From Antedon mediterranea (Eukaryota > Animalia > Echinodermata), in contig NC_092670.1 of the NCBI RefSeq assembly GCF_964355755.1, positions 40,102,388 to 40,166,387 on the forward strand: a stretch of DNA of 64,000 bases. Reading direction: 5' to 3'. This document shows, one piece after another, positions 14,201 through 27,051 of the stretch. The stretch's first letter is position 1, and every line of letters begins with the position of its first letter. Under the pieces are notes generated by a model. It was not told the origin of the DNA and did not search any database. It saw nothing but the letters and a program-made list of their open reading frames with translations. Both the position numbers and the translations under genes were made by a program.

Positions 14201-17200
14201 ATGCAACGATGTTTTTTAAGCTCCGTCTACACTATCAAAATTTATGTGACAAACAAATGTGATGTGCCCATATACGGACATGATAATGTCATATCACTAC
14301 CATATTTGGACATATCACTACCATATTTGGGCATATCATTACTATATTTTGGCAAACTTGTGTACAGCAGGAGCCTGGTTCACATCAATATTATGTCGAT
14401 TATTAAGATTAACCGCTTCTGATATATTAATATTTACTGACTTCTTTCATCTTTAATTTCGCCAACACAATCTGCTGTATACGATGATGTATTATATTGT
14501 TTCATATTCAATAAATGCGTCATCACTGAATAGTAACGCGTCATCAAAGAAAAGGCAAACGTTGTAATTCGTTAATGAACCTCATGAAGCAAAACATGAA
14601 ATCATTAAATTATCTAATTCGTCTCATAGCATTTTAGCTTAAGAACATACTTAAATCACTTTGCTTTCACACTGACTGCATCGCCATTCTGTGCTGTTCT
14701 AATAGACTGAAAACATCCCCTCTCTTATTTACATTTCCATTTTATTTGCATAGGCATACCCAGCACAAGATACCCACATCTTCTCGGGATTATACCTTCC
14801 TCCTTCTTCTTTTCTTTTGTCCATCCAACAATCATCAATATTTTACCTTATCATTTCTGTATTCTATTTTGTATTGCTTTGCTTTGGTAGCAAATAAATG
14901 TCTTTTGAAAACATATTTGCTTTGAATACAGTATTAGCATAATGTAAAATATAATGACGTATCACACACAATCCCACACTTCAACACGTTAAAATAATAT
15001 GTCTCAATAATACAACGTAACGTCACTATTGAGCAAACAAACGCGTTTGGAAGCATTCGTGTATCAATATTAAATCTTGATTATTAGTTAGTATGTGAAC
15101 TTACCTCTACAGCTTGAGCAGTCAAACTGCATGTGAACCATTCTACTATCATCGTCCTCTCCTTCGGAAATTGATTTTGGTCGGTCATCGTCAGAATCTC
15201 GACTTCGTCTTAAAGTGCGAGGGTATGCGAGTATCGGCAGTGCAAACACAGCTATAAGCAGGCCACATATTAGGTAACCTATCCACCATGCTCCTACCCA
15301 CTGTGGATCACCCGGGGAAATAGCAATATCATTGGAAGAGACGGAGTCTAGATCCACGTAGTAACTGACACATAGACCGCCTAGTAAAAATCCAAGTGCC
15401 GGACCAATAGCCGTGACGCAGTACACAATGCCTATTGAGAAAAAGAACGTCACATATGTAATTGAATTTCATTATTAAATTACTACTATGAAGTTGTTTT
15501 AATAAGCATAATATCTTAGAATAACGATTAATAATTTAATTGATATTGAGTAATGTCATTAGCGAATAGCAATTGCTCAATACTGCTGCTTTACGCAATC
15601 GATGGTTCTCAATTGGAAGGAAACATACGACGCCATTGTGTTGGCCATTGGAGTAGACTCACTAGCACTTAACCATTACCGGTATGTGTTATATAATATA
15701 ACAACGTAACACTTTTCGATTTTTCGATTTCAAACACAAGACTGATTTTTTTTTTGTACGTGTCCGATTAGCTTGGTTTCTCCAAATCGGACGTTGTGTT
15801 GCGCTTACGTACATTTTCGTTACGTCATGGGAACCAAACTTTAATTGGACGCAACGCAAGGACGTAATCACGCTGCAAGTAATTTGACCAATCACGACAC
15901 GATTGGTCATTCGATAAGTCGCTTGTGATTGGTCAAGTCACTGGTTTTGCGCGTGTACGCCATTGCGTTGCGTCTTATGAGAACTAAGCTAGCTTTATTC
16001 TAATGTTGACAAATAAACAAGTTGGGAAGATACTTCAACGTAACCGGTTGCACAATTACATTCATATTACGTGACATCCATGTCATATGACATACAACAT
16101 TTCAAATAAAAACTATATACTTATTCTATTATTTCCGTTTTAATTGTCTTATTCATAGTTTCTGTTTCTATTACAAATGAGCTTATTCCATCGACATCAA
16201 CTACAGTATATTTTTTTTTAATAAGAGGCTTATGTTCGAAAATGAATTTACAGATTCCCTTCAAGAATAAATTGCTTTCTCAGAAAATTAATCATTGTTT
16301 CTTCGAGGCACTATTAATAAAGTATTAACTGAAATGCTAGTATAAATTAATTGCTTATTCTCTGCAGAGTGTCCATAAAACATTCGCTGGTTTATCTACG
16401 CATTATTTAAAAAAAAGTTATTAGGCTCGGAAGTATAATACGATTGTGCGGTACAGTATTATATTATTGTTCAGGGCTATTAGTATTAAAAGAACAGATT
16501 TTAAAAACCCTAATTGATTCCGGTCTTTCCGTTTTCAAGGGTCTGTTGTTTTTTTTTTGTGTTGACAAATTCTACGAAACAGATTTTATAAAAAAAAAAA
16601 ACGCGTTGTCAAAATTGCTCCAGAAACTTTTCTCCATATCAGTATTTGTATAGCGAACTCATACGGACATTACGCCTTATGTAAAAAGAAAGTAAATGAA
16701 TTTGTTTTGAAAGATTATTGGTGGTACGACGATTGACCTATACTGTCACCTATTGAATAGTATTCTGGACATGCCTACTTAGGTATTCTTTCTTTTTGTG
16801 AAGACCTCGTGGTTGAACAATGACAGGGCCAACTCAACAGAGAAGTTACAAAAGAATTACATTGAATTCGGTCATCAAGGACGGTTCAGCTTAAACCCAG
16901 AGATCTCATCATCCGTTGGTGGTCGTCGCAGAAAAAAATAAAAGCGTAGACCAACAATGTTTGTGTAATACCTAAAGCTTGGTTCCCACTAGAGACGCAA
17001 CACAAGGACGTAACGCAACGTATGTTAATGACAAGCGATGGATTATTCAAACTGACGCTTGTCATTGGTCAACACGCTTGCATTACGTTTACGTCCTTGC
17101 GTTACGTCTAAAGCTTGGTTCCCACTAGAACGTAACGCAAGGACGTAAACGCAAAGCGTTTTAACCAATGACAAGCGAAGTTATAGACAGTTAGCAATCA

Positions 17201-20041
17201 CAAGCGAATAAGCCATCGCTTGTGATTGGTCAATTCACTTGCGATGCGTTACGTCCTTGCGTTGCGTCGCCAGTGGGAACCACGCTTTAGTGGGAACCAA
17301 GCATCTATAATTTGCATCATCCGGATAACATCGGCGCGTTTTCATTCGTATTCGTATTCATGTTTCCATCTTCCAAATCCCTCTCTCTCTAAGCATGCCT
17401 ATAACCTGACGCTTCGATTCTATCGAACAAATTCGCCTAGTGAATGTAGATCCGGGTTTTAATTTCATTCCATTCATGTAAATAACACGAATAAGACTTA
17501 GCCTATTTTTCACGACTCGTTCACGAAAAATAATGGGATTATTACTACAGTAATGTTATTGCAACAAGGGTTTATATTTTATAATAAACAACAGGAACTT
17601 AATACCCCCGGAGCTACCCTTTAAGCTGATTTGGATTTAATGTATACATTATTATAAATATAGTAGAATAATACGAGGATTAGTAACATTATACCGTAGC
17701 CTCCTCTGAGACAGCTTATAGGCTTCATGCAGACTGTAAGCCTACATATGCTTAGTAACATGCACTGAGTAACAAAAGAGTAGCATTCTCCTCTTTTCAT
17801 AAGATTTAGCTTTCAGATTGGTTAAAAAGATCAGTTTTTAAAAGATCCCGAAAACAGCTCTAAAGTGTAGTTCCCACTAGAACGCAACGCAAAGTGACGT
17901 ATTGGCACAAATGGCTGTGTATATTGCGTAATCACAAGTGAGAGAACCGACAACTCACAGTGCTGCAAACATCGCAGGTTTGATTTCATGCAGGCGGAGG
18001 GGCAAACACAAATATTGGAAGGGCATTTCGTTGCGTTGGTTTTGTTACTAGCTGCTTCTCTAGTGGGAACCGAGCTTTAGTACACTGCACTTTTCGATCA
18101 GTTACCATACTTTTTGTAAAAACATCAATGAAAGGGGATCGCATGGCATAAATCACACAATGTTTCAAAATATTTCCACACGACTATCTCAACATAATTT
18201 GATCCGAAGAAGCGTGACGAACCTACTGAAGCGTCACGGACCCACTGAAGCGTAACATAATCAACAATAATCAACAATACATAATACTGTACACAGAAAC
18301 CGAAAGCAATACAAAACGTGTTTTAAAAAGTCTAGAAAACATTCAGGATTTAATACTAGTAACTTTACCAATGCGAGACTTGTTTTGTTTACGTTTTTGT
18401 AACTCTAATTATGTCAAATTGTAGCAATGTATGAAGGCCACTAAATAAACAAATTTGACGACAGAATTGTTTTTCAATAAAAATAAAACCAGATAATCTT
18501 AATTTATTAATTTATGTTGAGGTCGTCAGTAATCCTGTGTTAAAAAGACGGATTACATGTTCCATTGTTTGACGCTCCGGTAATTTTGGAGGATGTAGGC
18601 AATTGTTTTAGAGACAATCACAACATGAATTCTGTTTCCGATCTCGGATGTAGGCCTATTGTTTCCATTATTTAACGCGATAACATAATAATAATATACT
18701 GGTACCATTTTGTAACTTTTGTTTATTATGTAATTGTTTATTATTCTATAGATAGAAGTCCGGATTAAAACGAAATGAAATTAAGTTTCCGTTATTCTAA
18801 TTTGTTACAAGCTTTGTTTCACTATAGGGACGCAACACAAGCGCACAACGCAAATAATTTGACCAATCAGATCATCAAGACATGATGGATCATCTGAACT
18901 TGCTTGTGATTGGTAAACTCACTGCGTTGCGCGTACACTAAACCATTGTACGTGACGCTACAAGGAAGTAACGCAGGTGGTACTTGGCCATTTCACAAGC
19001 GACAGCGTTAATCCATCATTTATAATTGGTCACATTATTTGTGTTGCGCGCGCGTACTACGCTCTTACTTGCGTCCCCAGCGAAAACCAACTTTTATAAA
19101 AGAGCAATTTTACTTGTTTCTGGCTCATTAACAACAGCTGTGTCCTTTCTATTTCGTAAAGCACAGGTTGTTTTAATTGCGAGGGGAAACTAACGGAAAT
19201 CAAAATCAAACAAAACATAGTGGTCTTTACATAAAGAACAATAATAATAAACATTTTTGAAAATTTTGGGAAATTAAAAAGTAACTAAAGTGAAGACGCA
19301 AATAGCCTCAAGGTATGGTAGGCCCTTAATATCATTTATCATGTTTGGGGGCATTAAAAATTACTTACCAATATAAGATGCGGATTCGGTTGCTCCAATA
19401 TTATCATCTACATAGGTCACACCTAAGGTAAACATCGGGGCAGCCCCCATACCAAGCAACAGTTGGGCAATCACGAAGAAAAACAGATAATCAGAAGGGT
19501 CTCCGTCACTTTCCATACAATCATAGTAAACCGTGACATCCATTAGATCTGGGTCCACGATGTGGTTATCCGATTGTTCTGGCTGTTGACTTGCAATAGA
19601 CTCAGCAGTGTAATTTCTACAGATGGAAACGTCAGTCTCATTTTCGGAGGTAACTCTACCGGGGATGTAGTTATCCCCTATTAGATGAGGCAAGGTAAAG
19701 ATCAAGGCAGCTACCGACATAATAAAAGCACCAAAACCGACCCATTTTGGTCGGTGACTGCCGGGACGGCCTCCGAGATAACTTACAAAAGCAACGACTA
19801 AGAAGTTACCAACTTCGTACGCGCTGACGATCAGTCCAGCCTCTGCGCTTTTGATTTGGAATCTGCGTTCAATAGATGTTAACACACTGCTCGTGTATCC
19901 GATCAACATCATACTCTCTACTAATGTTAACACACACATAAATAATACAAATTTCTTGGCTGTAGCAAACCGTTGCATCCACCGCGGCCTCCATCCTCGG
20001 AATCCGATATCAGACGCTTCGCTAACAGTAGATAACTCCAT
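5226..20041 (-). CDS. SLCO/OATP organic anion transporter, complete 8-exon gene, ~707 aa
   Basis: Exons with GT-AG boundaries and consistent phases: 19369-20041, 15105-15431, 11159-11323, 7276-7468, 6924-7068, 6641-6813, 6168-6232, 5226-5608 (total 2124 nt). OATP motifs: IERRFQIKS, YVDDN, DPQWVGAWWIG, Kazal-like CNCHDTDYQPICGVDDVTYFSACHAGC, YIPAPIYYGKTIDSSCMIW. Confidence 0.95.
6410..6620. repeat. Degenerate (GAT/GTT)n microsatellite in an SLCO intron
   Basis: Runs of gatgat/gttgat. It produces the spurious I/N-rich ORF 6366-6584. Confidence 0.7.
7867..8418. mobile_element. Non-autonomous DNA transposon with ~165-bp TIRs and TA flanks
   Basis: gggttgggtaggtttggccagtatgcgtacc... at 7869 is the reverse complement of ...ggtacgcatactggccaaacctacccaaccc ending at ~8417. 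TA lies on both sides (7865-7866, 8419-8420). Confidence 0.85.
9272..10481. mobile_element. 1.2-kb non-autonomous DNA transposon with ~85-bp perfect TIRs, inserted into a family A MITE
   Basis: tagaccgggcgcccggaagatttattcatgtgaaaagatacaaaaggtttgatgatgtagtaaggtgcgtattagggcgagatgc (9272-9356) is mirrored at 10397-10481. ACT on both sides may be a 3-bp target duplication. The host MITE resumes at 10482. Confidence 0.85.
11975..12265. repeat. About 4 tandem ~80-90-bp units (aaaggtgtccccgtaataggggttctactgta), probably amplified from a MITE end
   Basis: The motif recurs at ~11976, 12074, 12160 and 12235. Confidence 0.7.
12892..13894. repeat. Minisatellite, ~19 copies of a 50-58-bp unit
   Basis: Unit gggtacgtgcatgtac(cac)n aatcagaatcagtgttggctcaccgatgtga(g/gc). 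Copies are contiguous with no unique spacers. Confidence 0.97.
16974..17303. mobile_element. Two family B MITEs, one inserted into the right TIR of the other
   Basis: The outer copy reads ...gttacgtc-TA-[aagcttggttcccactag...agtgggaaccacgctt]-TA-gtgggaaccaagc. Confidence 0.75.
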
Positions 20042-21289
20042 CGTGGATACAGACTTGCGGCTAAATAGTCGTACGTCGTAATATGAACGTAAAGACACAG
20101 AGATGTGTAACCTTCAAAAACAAATACACATGAACAAAAGACGGATCTCAAAATACTGTGTGAACAATAGAGAAACTCACTCAGGTGTGGACACGTCGTA
20201 TCACACGACTTGCACTACAAACGAACAAGCAGATCCATGTTGCTAATTTTAAGCCTAAGCTTTGTGCTTCAAAATCCAGTTGAATATGCATATGGAACGT
20301 GATCGTCATCACAACATACATGCATCGCATTTATATTATAATGTGATGATAACGATGAGCTCAGCTATTTGTCGTGTGTGTCTCCAGTGAGTTGACTTAA
20401 ATACATCGCGTTTATATTGATTGGGTTGTCATTGAAAGAGAACAAGGACGTGAAGAGGGCGTCTGGCTGTATGTACAGATAACCATGGATAAATATCTCC
20501 ATGGTATAACTTATAGTATACACAGGTGAATCATCTTAATTTTACACACAAATGTAATATTCCTGGAAACTAAAAATATTCACATAAAAACAAAGATGCA
20601 ATTTGTGAAATTGATAGAATTATACCGGTTGTACATAATATTACACTTGCATTGTGATACATTTTCAAGTGTTATTTAGATTTGTTAAAATTCAATGTCA
20701 TTGTCCGTACGTTCATACAATATTCAACGAATCGTAATGATGACACATTACATACGTACACTCGATGTCATTGCGTATCTAATATTTAATAATAATGATG
20801 ATGGTTTGTTTGTGAAAATGATGAAAATTGGAACCAAGAGACATGAAAACAAGGCAAAATAATGGCCCCGCATATTTAAATAAGGCTGATTTTCAATAGC
20901 TCAGTTTTAGTAGTAGAAGCTGATGGTACCACCGTAGGCCTACACATAAACAAGGAAGAAAACATTAGAAAACAAAATATTTTATGGAATTCAAACAAGT
21001 GTTAATTTTATTTCATAATTTGTTTTCCATTCTGGCAAAACACACGTTTGCCTTTGTAAATATTTCAATGAAGTATATACTGTAATAAAACATTTACACT
21101 TATTATCGCACAAAACAAAGAGAGAAAAGAGAATTAAGTATCTGAGCTGTGCGAATCAAAAGCGTCAGTTTGTACGCGCCACGCAGGCGTATTCAGATTG
21201 ATTCGTACGTGGATGATTCGTACGTGGATAAATTACAAATTTCTTTTGCAACTACAATGATTGGAAGTCTTAAGTTTAATTGTTATTAA

Positions 21290-21812
21290 GTTCTTATTAT
21301 AATTGTGCTTATCAGTCAGCCAGACGACAGGTCGAACCTTTCCAGGTTGTCTGCTCGCCTCCTGTCTGTGTTGCATTAAACATATAATAATCTTTATTGT
21401 CTTTCTTTCTTGTTTGTTCTTTTTCACATACATAAAATCAAAACTAAAGACAAAAGACCAAAAAAAAAAGCTTTCGCTTATCGAGTTTTGGCCTTTAAAA
21501 ATAAATAAAACTTAAACTAGAACGTATATCATAAGAAAATTAATTACATAAATGAAAATGAATAACTCACTGGCATTATCAATATGAATATGAAATAAGT
21601 AATAGAAGAATAGTATACACATTTTTTGTTTGTTTTTAAATAGAAAAAACTAGAAAAAAACTAAGCATCATATAAGGTTATTAAATGTTCTTTGACTTTG
21701 ATGGCAAATTGTGTTTTAAATGAAATTGACTTAATATTTACTGGGAGTTTATTCCAGAGTTTGGGACCTTGGTATGTTATATTGGTTTGAGATAGAGTCG
21801 TACGGCAAAATG
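21290..21812 (-). mobile_element. 5'-truncated LINE (L2/CR1-group) 3' remnant
   Basis: Minus-strand 21680-21812 translates FCRTTLSQTNITYQGPKLWNKLPVNIKSISFKTQFAIKVKEHLI, matching the GPxLWNxLP C-terminal motif of L2/CR1-group ORF2. The 3' UTR extent is approximate. Confidence 0.7.
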
Positions 21813-22658
21813 TCTTTTAGGCCTATGTCTTTTACATTTTGGACGAAATAAGCATATTATTATTATTATTATTATTATAAATTAAGTTAGATATATTTAG
21901 TAACGAGAAATAATTAAACAGGTGATTATTGTAAAATTAGATTCAGATTCGAAACGTAGATTAATTTAATTACGGTTGCCACAAGGGTAATATCGCTGTG
22001 CTACTACCTCACTGATTTACATTCATAATGCACTTAATTACAAAGGGCTGGCCACTAATCACTAAGGCAACATTCTACTTATTGATTGTAAACTACCTCG
22101 TCTTAGAGAATCCTGTTACACTTATGAAGATAAGTATATATTATTATACACTTTATAAAAGTACAGCTGCGCTCGGCGCAAGAGTTCAACTTTTAGTATT
22201 GAGTATTAGGACCAATTAATTAGGTTCTTTAAACAGTCCTGGCTTTGTTTGTATAAAACCTGTTAGTGGTGGTAATTATCGCTGTTGGTTTCGATTGAAT
22301 AAAATAAAATGAAAATTCTCAATTGTAACTTCTAGTCTGTACCATTTGTTCATTTTATCATAATTATAAAGCATCCCCTCTAATCTACAGAATCAATGTA
22401 GGCCTAATTGTTGTTTACAATAAAGGATAAATGTATACGGTTTACGAATGTTGTTATTGCAAACAAATCTTCAAAACCGTAACAATGAAACTAATGTTAA
22501 AATAAAGAATCGGAAGTAGGCCTATCCGACCACATTCAATAGATTTAGAGGTTCTCACCTTGTACGTATGTCACATAAGATAAAGTATATTCTATCTACG
22601 AAGATCCGTAAGTACTGAAATGTATTGCACACAAAAAGTATTTTCCTATTCACTCACT

Positions 22659-22810
22659 AAAGCCTATTTTCCACTAGGCGAATTTGTTCGCACGAATCGA
22701 AAGCGCAAGCTCATACGCATGCGTATTCATCTTCCAAATCCTTCTCTACGCATGCGTATAAGGTGACGCATTCGATATATTCGCGCGAACAAATTCGTCA
22801 GGTGGAAACG
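22659..22810. mobile_element. Palindromic MITE family C (ttttccactaggcgaatttgttcgc...gcgaacaaattcgtcaggtggaaa)
   Basis: Inverted ends. A related sequence (catcttccaaatcc...gaacaaattcgcctagtg) is at 17330-17460. Confidence 0.6.
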
Positions 22811-23275
22811 AATCGAAAGTGTTGACTAATGCGCATGCGTATTTTGTGACGTAAATACACGCAACCAATCACAATTTTCGATTTTCGTGAATGAGTTTAC
22901 TTGCGCATCTAATGTTTTGGTACGTCGCTTAAAAGCAACAAATGCTTTATAGCGCATACCACCGACAACCAGAAACAACTACCTGGATTACAAAATTATA
23001 AGATTACGGCTTCAGAAGAGGCAACGAGTTTTAAACTCACTGCCTCTTTAATATCACTAAAGCTAAGCAGGTAAGCAGCTTGCACACATGTTTATTATCT
23101 TAATATTGCAGTACCGTAATGGGCGTGACATGCATACCATCAAAAAATATCTAGTTAGGCCTTTTTAGTAAGTAGGCCTATTGTTTTTAGCACGTAACTC
23201 GTGACGAAATGACTGACACATACTACAGAGCTGCAGTTTGTTCTTCGCGGCTATCGACGCTCTTTATTGAAGTCA

Positions 23276-24301
23276 TCATCTTCGAAATATGTTATTTTGT
23301 TGCGGTGTTTTACGATTACCTTGCATATGCTTTTGAATATCTGGAGTAACTGCTAAACTGTATCTTAAATCAGACAATCCCGCTGGATAAGGCCTTAGAT
23401 CTGAAGTACCATATCTTTGTATGTTGGGATAGCTATCATTCCCGTATGGACGTGACACGGTTACGAACATCAGACGATCAAAAAACTCCACCTGATCGCC
23501 TTGATACTTGAACATGCCTTCTGTCAATTCTCTAACTCCTGTCATGATTTCAAAAGTACTAATTATTTCCATTTGTGGTGGAAACTTTTGATTCAGCATC
23601 GCCAACCACTTCACCTTTGGCATGACGATTGGTAGAACCTCAACATCCCATTTCACGTCAACTCTCTGAGATTGTAAGCATCGTAAAATCTTCAGATACG
23701 GGTCATTACTATCCTCTTTAACGAATCGTTTATTTGCTTCAGTAAAAAAAGGTAAAGTGCTCATTGGTGCTGGTCTGTGAATAATCAACAATTTGCCTTC
23801 TTTTGTCAAAGTCTTCATGATATGTCTAAACGTCTCCTTTGGGTTTGTAAAGTGTTCAAATGCACCGTGTAGGATTATCTTATCAAATGGCGGTTCTTTG
23901 TCTTCTGTCAATCCCTCAGAAAGTTCCCGAAAGTATTGCTCCGCGCCAATATGGTCTATTTTAAATGGAAGTAATCTCTGGTTTGAAGTCTCTTCGTAGA
24001 ATATAACTCCGGGGAATATATTTGCTATTGGTTGTAAAAGACAAAACTTCTCTTTGATTTTTTCGGCATAAGAACCTTTACTACATCCAACATACGCAAA
24101 TCTATCGTGCGTGTCTAGTTCAAGATGTTTGTGAATCTGTTTAAAAAGATTCTCGTCATAGATTGACCCAAAGCTGAACAGATCATCGTCTGCCTTTTCC
24201 GTGACATTTAGTTGACCTTGCCAATGCTCTGAGATCACAGAGAAAGGTTGTGGATACTTGGGAAGAACAAGTTGCTTATCAACAGACTGTGATGTCATCA
24301 T
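23276..24301 (-). CDS. Class I SAM-dependent methyltransferase-like protein, 341 aa, single coding exon
   Basis: Uninterrupted ATG-started ORF. Motif I-like FAYVGCSKG, motif IV-like PFDKIILHGAFEHF and KTLTKEGKLLII (LxPGGxLxI-like). An acceptor TTTTGTAG at ~24322 and a donor GTAAGT at ~25309 suggest an upstream 5'UTR exon. Confidence 0.8.
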   Translation of the reverse strand: MMTSQSVDKQLVLPKYPQPFSVISEHWQGQLNVTEKADDDLFSFGSIYDENLFKQIHKHLELDTHDRFAYVGCSKGSYAEKIKEKFCLLQPIANIFPGVIFYEETSNQRLLPFKIDHIGAEQYFRELSEGLTEDKEPPFDKIILHGAFEHFTNPKETFRHIMKTLTKEGKLLIIHRPAPMSTLPFFTEANKRFVKEDSNDPYLKILRCLQSQRVDVKWDVEVLPIVMPKVKWLAMLNQKFPPQMEIISTFEIMTGVRELTEGMFKYQGDQVEFFDRLMFVTVSRPYGNDSYPNIQRYGTSDLRPYPAGLSDLRYSLAVTPDIQKHMQGNRKTPQQNNIFRR

Positions 24302-25469
24302 GCAGACGATTTGTCAGAACACTACAAAAGGATAACAAAAAATACAATATATGAATTTAGGATTAGGTTAAAAATCTTAACTTTGTACACCTGATCTATA
24401 CTAAACTATTAACGTAAAAAAGATATTATATAATAAAGTTTGTAATATTAGGCCTAACAAAGCATATTAGGTAGAATTGTAACCAGCTGTAATGTTACTA
24501 AATTAAAGTTCTGATGTGCCCATGGACACGATGATGTCATATCACTACCATATTTAGGCATATCACTACCATATTTGAGCACATCACACTTTTTTGTCAA
24601 ACTAGTTTGATAGTGTAGACAGCTACGTTCACACTTAAAGTAAACGGTGCCGTACAATTCTGTATGATTTCCCATTGAATTGTTTCCGTTTTGTTTTATA
24701 TCTCGTTCTGCTTTTTGTTTCGTAATTTCAAACGTGTTCTCTCCATTTCTGGTGGCTTATTGAAATTAAATAAATTTAATTATCTAACAAAGGGTGCCGT
24801 CATCCGTTCCGTGAATCGGAACAAGTCTGAATGTTGTTTCGTTATAGATATTTTTAACTATCAACATAGGCCTACTTGAGGATCGTAATTTCGATATTTG
24901 TTTTTTCCAGGTTTGTCTGTCTAGTACATTTAGAGCGTCAAACCCAAAGGTCATTGTCATGGCAATGTATGCTGCCACCAGGAAGTTTGCAGGGTTCAAA
25001 TTCAATATTTTATTGACTTCACTAAATTATCGAAAATTATCATGGTATAATATTCCATATTAACTTATATTAAACAGTCTATGGAAGAACTTATATGGTT
25101 GATCCGTTATTTTGGTAAGTTTCGTAGATCTATATATTCTTATGGAGTTATATTTCACAAATGGTCCTTAAATAGCCACCATATTCACTAAACACGCTCT
25201 ACCAAGAACTAAAGTAGGCCTTACTTCTTGAACTTAATAATGATAAAACGTAATAAAAAGCATTAAAGCATCATTTATAATTGAACTTTTGATATTTTTT
25301 ACAACTTACCCGTTACAATCGAACCACGTCTTTCCTTTTGGTGTATGTCTGCTGTTTTGTTAAGCACGTTTTATAGGGTGAGTGTACATGCTCACTTAAG
25401 AGACAATGCACACAAAAGTCGCTTATTCGTTGTCTATCATGATCGATAACTGCAAGTATTGTTTACCCC

Positions 25470-25482
25470 GTTGCTAAGCACC
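25470..25482. promoter_or_regulatory. Possible RFX X-box upstream of the methyltransferase-like gene
   Basis: GTTGCTAAGCACC resembles the X-box consensus GTTGCYATRGCAAC. It lies ~160 bp upstream of the putative first donor site. Confidence 0.3.
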
Positions 25483-26154
25483 CTCTGTTAGCTTTAGTTT
25501 TACAATATTCCTTTACAGATAGTGGTATAGGAACGTCACGTTTGTCAATAGATACAATATAAAAGATCGCATTATTGACATATGAGCCCAATTTTATTGA
25601 CGTCATAAAAACCGATAATTTAAATTAATTAAATGTCAACCATGAATACTAGAAATAATTTCTATGGCAACATACAATTGTGTGTGCACAATGGAAAACC
25701 TAAATTGAAATCTTGCAATTACATTTTAATTTACGATGATTTTAATCAATCCATTGTTATGCAATATTTATAGCAATAACCTTGCAAGTTTAATTTATTT
25801 TGACATCTATCAACGCAATATGCGTACTTTTTGTGGTTAAATTTCTACTTAATAGTTATGTCATGTTAATTTATAAACTAGATGTGTTTGATAACTGGAC
25901 ATAATGACGAATTCACATGCAGGGCTGTTATGTGTATTATGAAGAGAATCGATTGTAGTGGACTGGACATTGAGTTGAGTATTAATGGTACCGTCAAAAA
26001 CGGTATAAATAGAAATAAAAAGAACAATGAAAAGGTTATATACACATGAGTTGGTGTTTAATGTTCAGAAAGGTCTAAAAGAAGGCTACAAATCAAATAC
26101 CATAACATTTCAACTGAATAATTATTAATATGAAATATAACTTTACGTTTACAG

Positions 26155-26285
26155 GTTAAACAAGGAAACCTTCAAGTATGTCGTTGAGGAACTAAGGCCA
26201 TATATTGAGAAATCTAGTAACAACAATGGTCCCACATTCTCTGCAGAATGGAGAGTTGCCATGACACTTTACAGATTATCATCAG
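26155..26285 (+). mobile_element. PIF/Harbinger transposase (HARBI1-like) relic, exon-like fragment
   Basis: Bounded by tttacAG and GTattt. It translates (R)LNKETFKYVVEELRPYIEKSSNNNGPTFSAEWRVAMTLYRLSSG, resembling the Harbinger N-terminal pattern RMSxETFxxLxxxLxPxI...ExRVAxxLxRLxxG. Confidence 0.6.
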
Positions 26286-26599
26286 GTATTTTTAAACTAT
26301 ATTCAATCTATAAATTGGATATTTACATTTACAAAGGTAACTCGAAATAGGTATTATTATAACAAACTGCAAATATTAAAGCATACACTTAATTTTGTGT
26401 TGGTTGACAATGTTTGGCTATACATTATATACAAACTGAGTATTTATCATATAGCTGTAAAAACAGTAAATGTACAAAAACAAAATGTTCATCCGTCTTT
26501 AAGATTTTATAAGAAAAAACAAATTTATATTTAAACACCTATGTCAAAAACTTCTGATTCATGTTAAACTTCTGATAGATGTTGGCTCTCTGACTGGTG

Positions 26600-26900
26600 T
26601 TTGACTACTGATCAGTGTTACACTACTAAGAGGTGTTTAAATTCTGATTTGTGAAACACTTCTGATCAGTGTTTGACTTCAGATCAGTGTTACACTATTA
26701 AGGTGTTTAAACTTCTGATTGGTGCTAAACTTATGATCAGTGTTTGACTTCAGATCAGTGTTACACTATTAAGGTGTTTAAACTTCTGATTAGTGCTAAA
26801 CTTGTGATCACTGTTTGACTTCAGATCAGTGTTACACTATTAAGGTGTTTAAACTTCTGATTAGTGCTAAACTTGTGATCAGTGTTTGACTTCAGATCGA
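26600..26900. repeat. 71-bp tandem repeat (~4 copies) in the probable PHF20 3' UTR
   Basis: cagatcagtgttacactattaaggtgtttaaacttctgatt recurs at 26680, 26751 and 26822. Confidence 0.9.
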
Positions 26901-27051
26901 ACTACTAATAGGTGTTTTGCTACTAATAGTCTGTGATAAACTTCTGAACGATGTTAAACTTCTCATCAGTAATTGTACTATCTGGTTCCAGTTATCATAC
27001 CAGGTGCATCAATGAGACGACATAATCACAAATAAATGAAATGAAGTACAC

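Noticed and set aside
20042-20098. ORF-track N-terminal extension of the SLCO gene
   Set aside because: It starts at GTG. The first ATG is at 20041, which gives an N-terminus comparable to the paralog.
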